Assembly (NCBI GenBank): GCA_902472485.1
Contig: CABROH010000002.1
Span: 14,871 to 78,870 of the forward strand
Length of the DNA: 64,000 nt
Source: an uncultured Porphyromonadaceae bacterium
Lineage (GTDB): Bacteria; Bacteroidota; Bacteroidia; Bacteroidales; Muribaculaceae
Direction: 5' to 3'
The position numbers and the translations under genes are program-made. The notes beneath the pieces were generated by a model. The model made no database searches. It saw only the letters and a program-made list of their open reading frames with translations, and had not been told where the DNA came from. Of this stretch, positions 63,231 to 64,000 are shown in pieces (within the stretch, counting starts at the first letter, position 1; each line of letters begins with the position of its first letter).

Positions 63231-64000
63231 ATCGACTGCGAGCCACCGACATAACATATCTTAAGGGAATTGGGCCACGGCGTGCCGATATGCTCAAAAA
63301 GCAGCTCGGCATCCACACACTCTATGATCTCCTGTATCATTTTCCGCGCCAATACACCGACCGGTCGCGTTTTCACACAATTAATTCTTTTGCCGGCGAG
63401 ATGCCGTCGGTACAGGTGAACGGACACTTCGTGAATTTCAATATTCTTGGTGAAGGAGCCAAAATGCGCCTTGTAGGCTTATTCTCCGATGGCACCTCGA
63501 CTATGGAGGTCGTCTGGTTCCGCAACATTCGCAAAATGCGGGAAACCTTTCTCACCGATACGCCATATGTCGTGTTCGGCCATCCGACCGAATTCTCAGG
63601 CCGATGGAGTATGGTGCATCCCGAAATCGACTCGCCCGATTCCGTTCTGGCCTCAACCGGCTTTAGGGGTGTATATCCGCTCACGGATACTCTCCGCAAC
63701 AGAGGCATCTCATCCCGCAATTTCCATGCATGGATCCAGACTGTGCTCACCAATTATTCAAACGATATCACGGATCCGTTCCCGGAAGAACTTCGCCGAC
63801 GGTTTCGACTCATAGATAAACGCACTGCTCTTGCCACGATCCACAATCCGCCCGATGTGGAATCGTTGCATCAGGCCCGTCGCCGCCTTAAATTCGAAGA
63901 ACTGCTATATCTTCAGCTAAACATCATAAGCTATGCACGCCGGCGCACAGCCTCGATCGGCGGACAACGCTTCACACGCGTCGGCGAATACTTCAACAAC
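63227..64000 (+). CDS. recG: ATP-dependent DNA helicase RecG, 3' truncated by window edge (absent from ORF track)
   Basis: Manual translation from ATG 63227: MNRLRATDITYLKGIGPRRADMLKKQLGIHTLYDLLYHFPRQYTDRS...DGTSTMEVVWF...MVHPE...VYPLT...ARRRLKFEELLYLQL; ATGA overlap with ispD. Confidence 0.93.
   Translation, partial: MNRLRATDITYLKGIGPRRADMLKKQLGIHTLYDLLYHFPRQYTDRSRFHTINSFAGEMPSVQVNGHFVNFNILGEGAKMRLVGLFSDGTSTMEVVWFRNIRKMRETFLTDTPYVVFGHPTEFSGRWSMVHPEIDSPDSVLASTGFRGVYPLTDTLRNRGISSRNFHAWIQTVLTNYSNDITDPFPEELRRRFRLIDKRTALATIHNPPDVESLHQARRRLKFEELLYLQLNIISYARRRTASIGGQRFTRVGEYFNN

Noticed and set aside
1..64000. CRISPR arrays, tRNA/rRNA, IS elements, prophage, invertible promoters, defence systems
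   Set aside because: Intergenic gaps are short (under ~330 nt), with no spaced direct repeats, cloverleafs, recombinases or distant inverted-repeat pairs visible by eye

Overview
A gene-dense, essentially core-genome window from a Bacteroidales bacterium. Bacteroidota-type TAnnTTTG promoters, sprA and gene order such as ruvA-sprA and parE-coaD-S41 peptidase support this; a Muribaculaceae-like origin is my inference only. About 49 CDSs cover arginine/methionine/polyamine and MEP-pathway enzymes (argE-like, argH, metA, nspC, dxs, dxr, ispD), DNA repair and topology (ruvA, UvrD, radC, recR, parE, partial recG), RNA modification (RluA, mnmA, rsmE, RlmI-like), clpB, Trk K+ uptake, OmpA and the 2502-aa T9SS translocon SprA. 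I see no tRNA, rRNA, CRISPR array, IS, integrase or prophage. The best candidate for an uncharacterised system is the minus-strand operon at 28623-34490: two surface lipoproteins sharing a C-terminal PCMD-like domain flank two paralogous outer-membrane beta-barrels, with no TonB receptor or glycoside hydrolase, and an NfeD-SPFH pair follows. Three local anomalies (a 17-nt imperfect duplication frameshifting a GT2 gene, and two G/C-substituted motifs) look like sequencing or assembly errors. All family calls come from motif recognition by eye; no database search was run.
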